DNA of 64,000 bases from Phoronis australis (taxonomy: Eukaryota > Animalia > Phoronida): contig NMRA01000421.1 of the NCBI GenBank assembly GCA_002633005.1, forward strand, positions 138,171 to 202,170, given 5' to 3'. Shown one piece after another: positions 61,839-64,000 of the stretch; positions within the stretch are counted from its first letter, which is position 1; each line of letters begins with the position of its first letter. A model generated the notes under the pieces. The model ran no database searches. It saw only the letters and a list, made by a program, of their open reading frames with translations, and was not told where the DNA came from. The position numbers were made by a program, and so were the translations under genes.

Positions 61839-64000
61839 TTTTTCAGCTTCATCAAGGGTGTTCCCCTGTCAAAACATCAACGTGAAGTTCCTCAACAACC
61901 TTCTAGGTAAAGAGTGTTGCTCTTGTGTTTCACCGGTAACGATTAAATGCGTTCTGTTGTCTGTTTGAAAGGTATGCTGTCTGGTTTTGACAATGGCCAA
62001 GGTAAGTCACTCATGAGCAACGCCTTTTTATCACGTTGATTTCCGCCCCGCAGTCAAGTCAGCAAGATCTGCATACAAGTTAGGCTGTGACAAGCATGTC
62101 TGTGTTGCCCTTTTGGAGTGACAGCCTGCAACAGATCGTGATATCCTTCTCCAGTTACGACCAATTACCCCCAAAGTCTCCACGAGATCCAGACACGTTT
62201 GCACTGCCTATTGAACCTGTCTGTTTTACTTCTTAGCCGGGTCTTTGTACGCGCGCAGATCTACGGCAATGTTTGCAAGAACGAAGGAAGGATCCTCTGC
62301 GAGATCTGCATATTCTTAATGAATGAGATCTGCAAAGTTGTAAAAGCCGCAGCGACGGCCATGTCTACATTCAAATTCATCCCTGAACTGCCTAGAAACA
62401 TAATAATACATTTATAGTGTACATAGTAGTGCATGAAGTATAAAGAGGCAAAGCATATCTTTTGGCATACATCAATACTCTTAGTAAAATTTATTGGTCT
62501 AAAATTGTAACTTAGTCAAGCTGGAGGTGGTTTCAAAGCTTGAAAAAACTGGCAGTTCGTTACTGGTTAAGACCCGACTCTATAAGTTGCAAACCCAAAA
62601 CTCATTTTCATCTTAGGTCCGTAGACCGGCCAGGGGGAAAGGTTCTGCCCCCAGCATATTCGTTACGCATAGGATTTACCAAATCAAAAAAAATGTAGTA
62701 GTTATTACTGGTATTACCAGGAAAAGATACGTAATAATTTCAAATTTGGTTCGTATCACTTGGACCGTACCTGGCCAGCTTCGCCAAGTACGTGGCCAGA
62801 GTGTGCAAAAGTTGATTAGTTGTTAAAACATTTGATTGTACTGTTTTCAAATGACCTGTTTCAATCACTCACAATCACGATTCTTGAATCTAAAACAACT
62901 CATTTTCAAACAGGGACAATATCTGGGGCACAGGGATGATTTATTTGATTTCTGGGTTGCGGCGACTAACGGGCGATTTTAAAATTGGGAAGACTGGATG
63001 TGACTCTCTAACTTGGTGAAGACTGGCAGGGATAGGGTAACGCAAAACATTTATTTCCAACCCGACCATGCACAAATTTACGATTGAGTGGGTGAGATAG
63101 GAGCGCTGCGGATAGGCCTAAACTTTTTGAGTCGCGCTGTGAAATGATGCAGTCTCGACATGGATTTGCTGAATGTATCGTGATTAATAATTCATCCAAT
63201 ATTCCTACTTCGTGTTTTTTTCAAAATGCAAGTACGCATTCATTTTTACGTAATCATAATAAATGCTTTGGAGCCCACTTCATGCTCAAGAAACCCAGAC
63301 GGTTGCATTAATACCTGGGCGTTGTTCTCGGTAAACTAGGTACGCCACTGCATATAAAAATGAGCATTTTTGCATATGGAAGTATAAAAATTACACCTCA
63401 GTCCGAAATTTCGTACATTTTTGAGGGAGTAGTGGACCGTTGGAGTAATAAACCTTCGGAGTAGTGGGCTGTTCTCATTTCCATCGCTATTTAAAAGTAA
63501 CCCGACTATATTTCCGTCCGCGTATGTGATGGGGTATAATCACTCAATTTTAAAGCACGCATGGTTCGAAAGTTTGAGATCCTCATTTCTGGGATTAGGC
63601 ACTATGTAGTTGGAGAACCAGCAGGATTTCATTCACACTTTTGAGTGCAAAAAGTTTGAGTGCGTAATTCTATTGTAAATTACCAACCCTTAAAGGAAAG
63701 GGGCGTCTTAAGTTGCATGATTCTGGGCTTTGGCTCCAGTGGGGTCCAAACGAGGACACAAAAATCCATTTAATTAAAATTTCAAGTGCAACATCCGTTT
63801 CAAGTTTATTTCATTATAGTCAGCACTCAAATTAAAATAATGCAACTTAAGACGCGAAAATGCCTGGGGTTATTAATTAAGACATCTACTAATTAACGAC
63901 CAATAACGTAAAATTCCGCCTGATCTCGAGAAAATGGAGCCGTCAAGACTCGTCGTGTATGCGGATTTCCCTTCTGCCAGGTTTTGCCGCGAAAGTGCGC

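Overview
Eukaryotic, AT-rich, repeat-laden genomic DNA, most likely from an invertebrate metazoan (no taxon can be assigned from the sequence alone). The window is dominated by one apparently intact + strand nitric oxide synthase (NOS) gene. I traced it by hand as 25 GT-AG coding exons from ATG 8018 to TAA 59073-59075 (3390 nt, about 1129 aa, phases consistent throughout). It has the Zn-thiolate motif, heme Cys, BH4 residues, calmodulin helix, FMN/FAD/NADPH domains and an RxRxxS tail, and no PDZ exon is visible. The most striking observation is in the substrate pocket: the catalytic Glu/Trp that bind the guanidinium are kept, but three residues that normally hold the L-arginine carboxylate (Gln, Tyr, Tyr) are all substituted, hinting at a NOS with a different substrate. 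The autoinhibitory loop lies on a skippable 90-nt exon. Introns and flanks carry TTAA-flanked Kolobok-type elements with THAP relics, MITEs with 5-bp TSDs, a composite repeat containing a tRNA-like module, L1/Tx1 and tyrosine-recombinase retroelement relics, minisatellites and long palindromes. Most six-frame ORFs are spurious or exon read-throughs.
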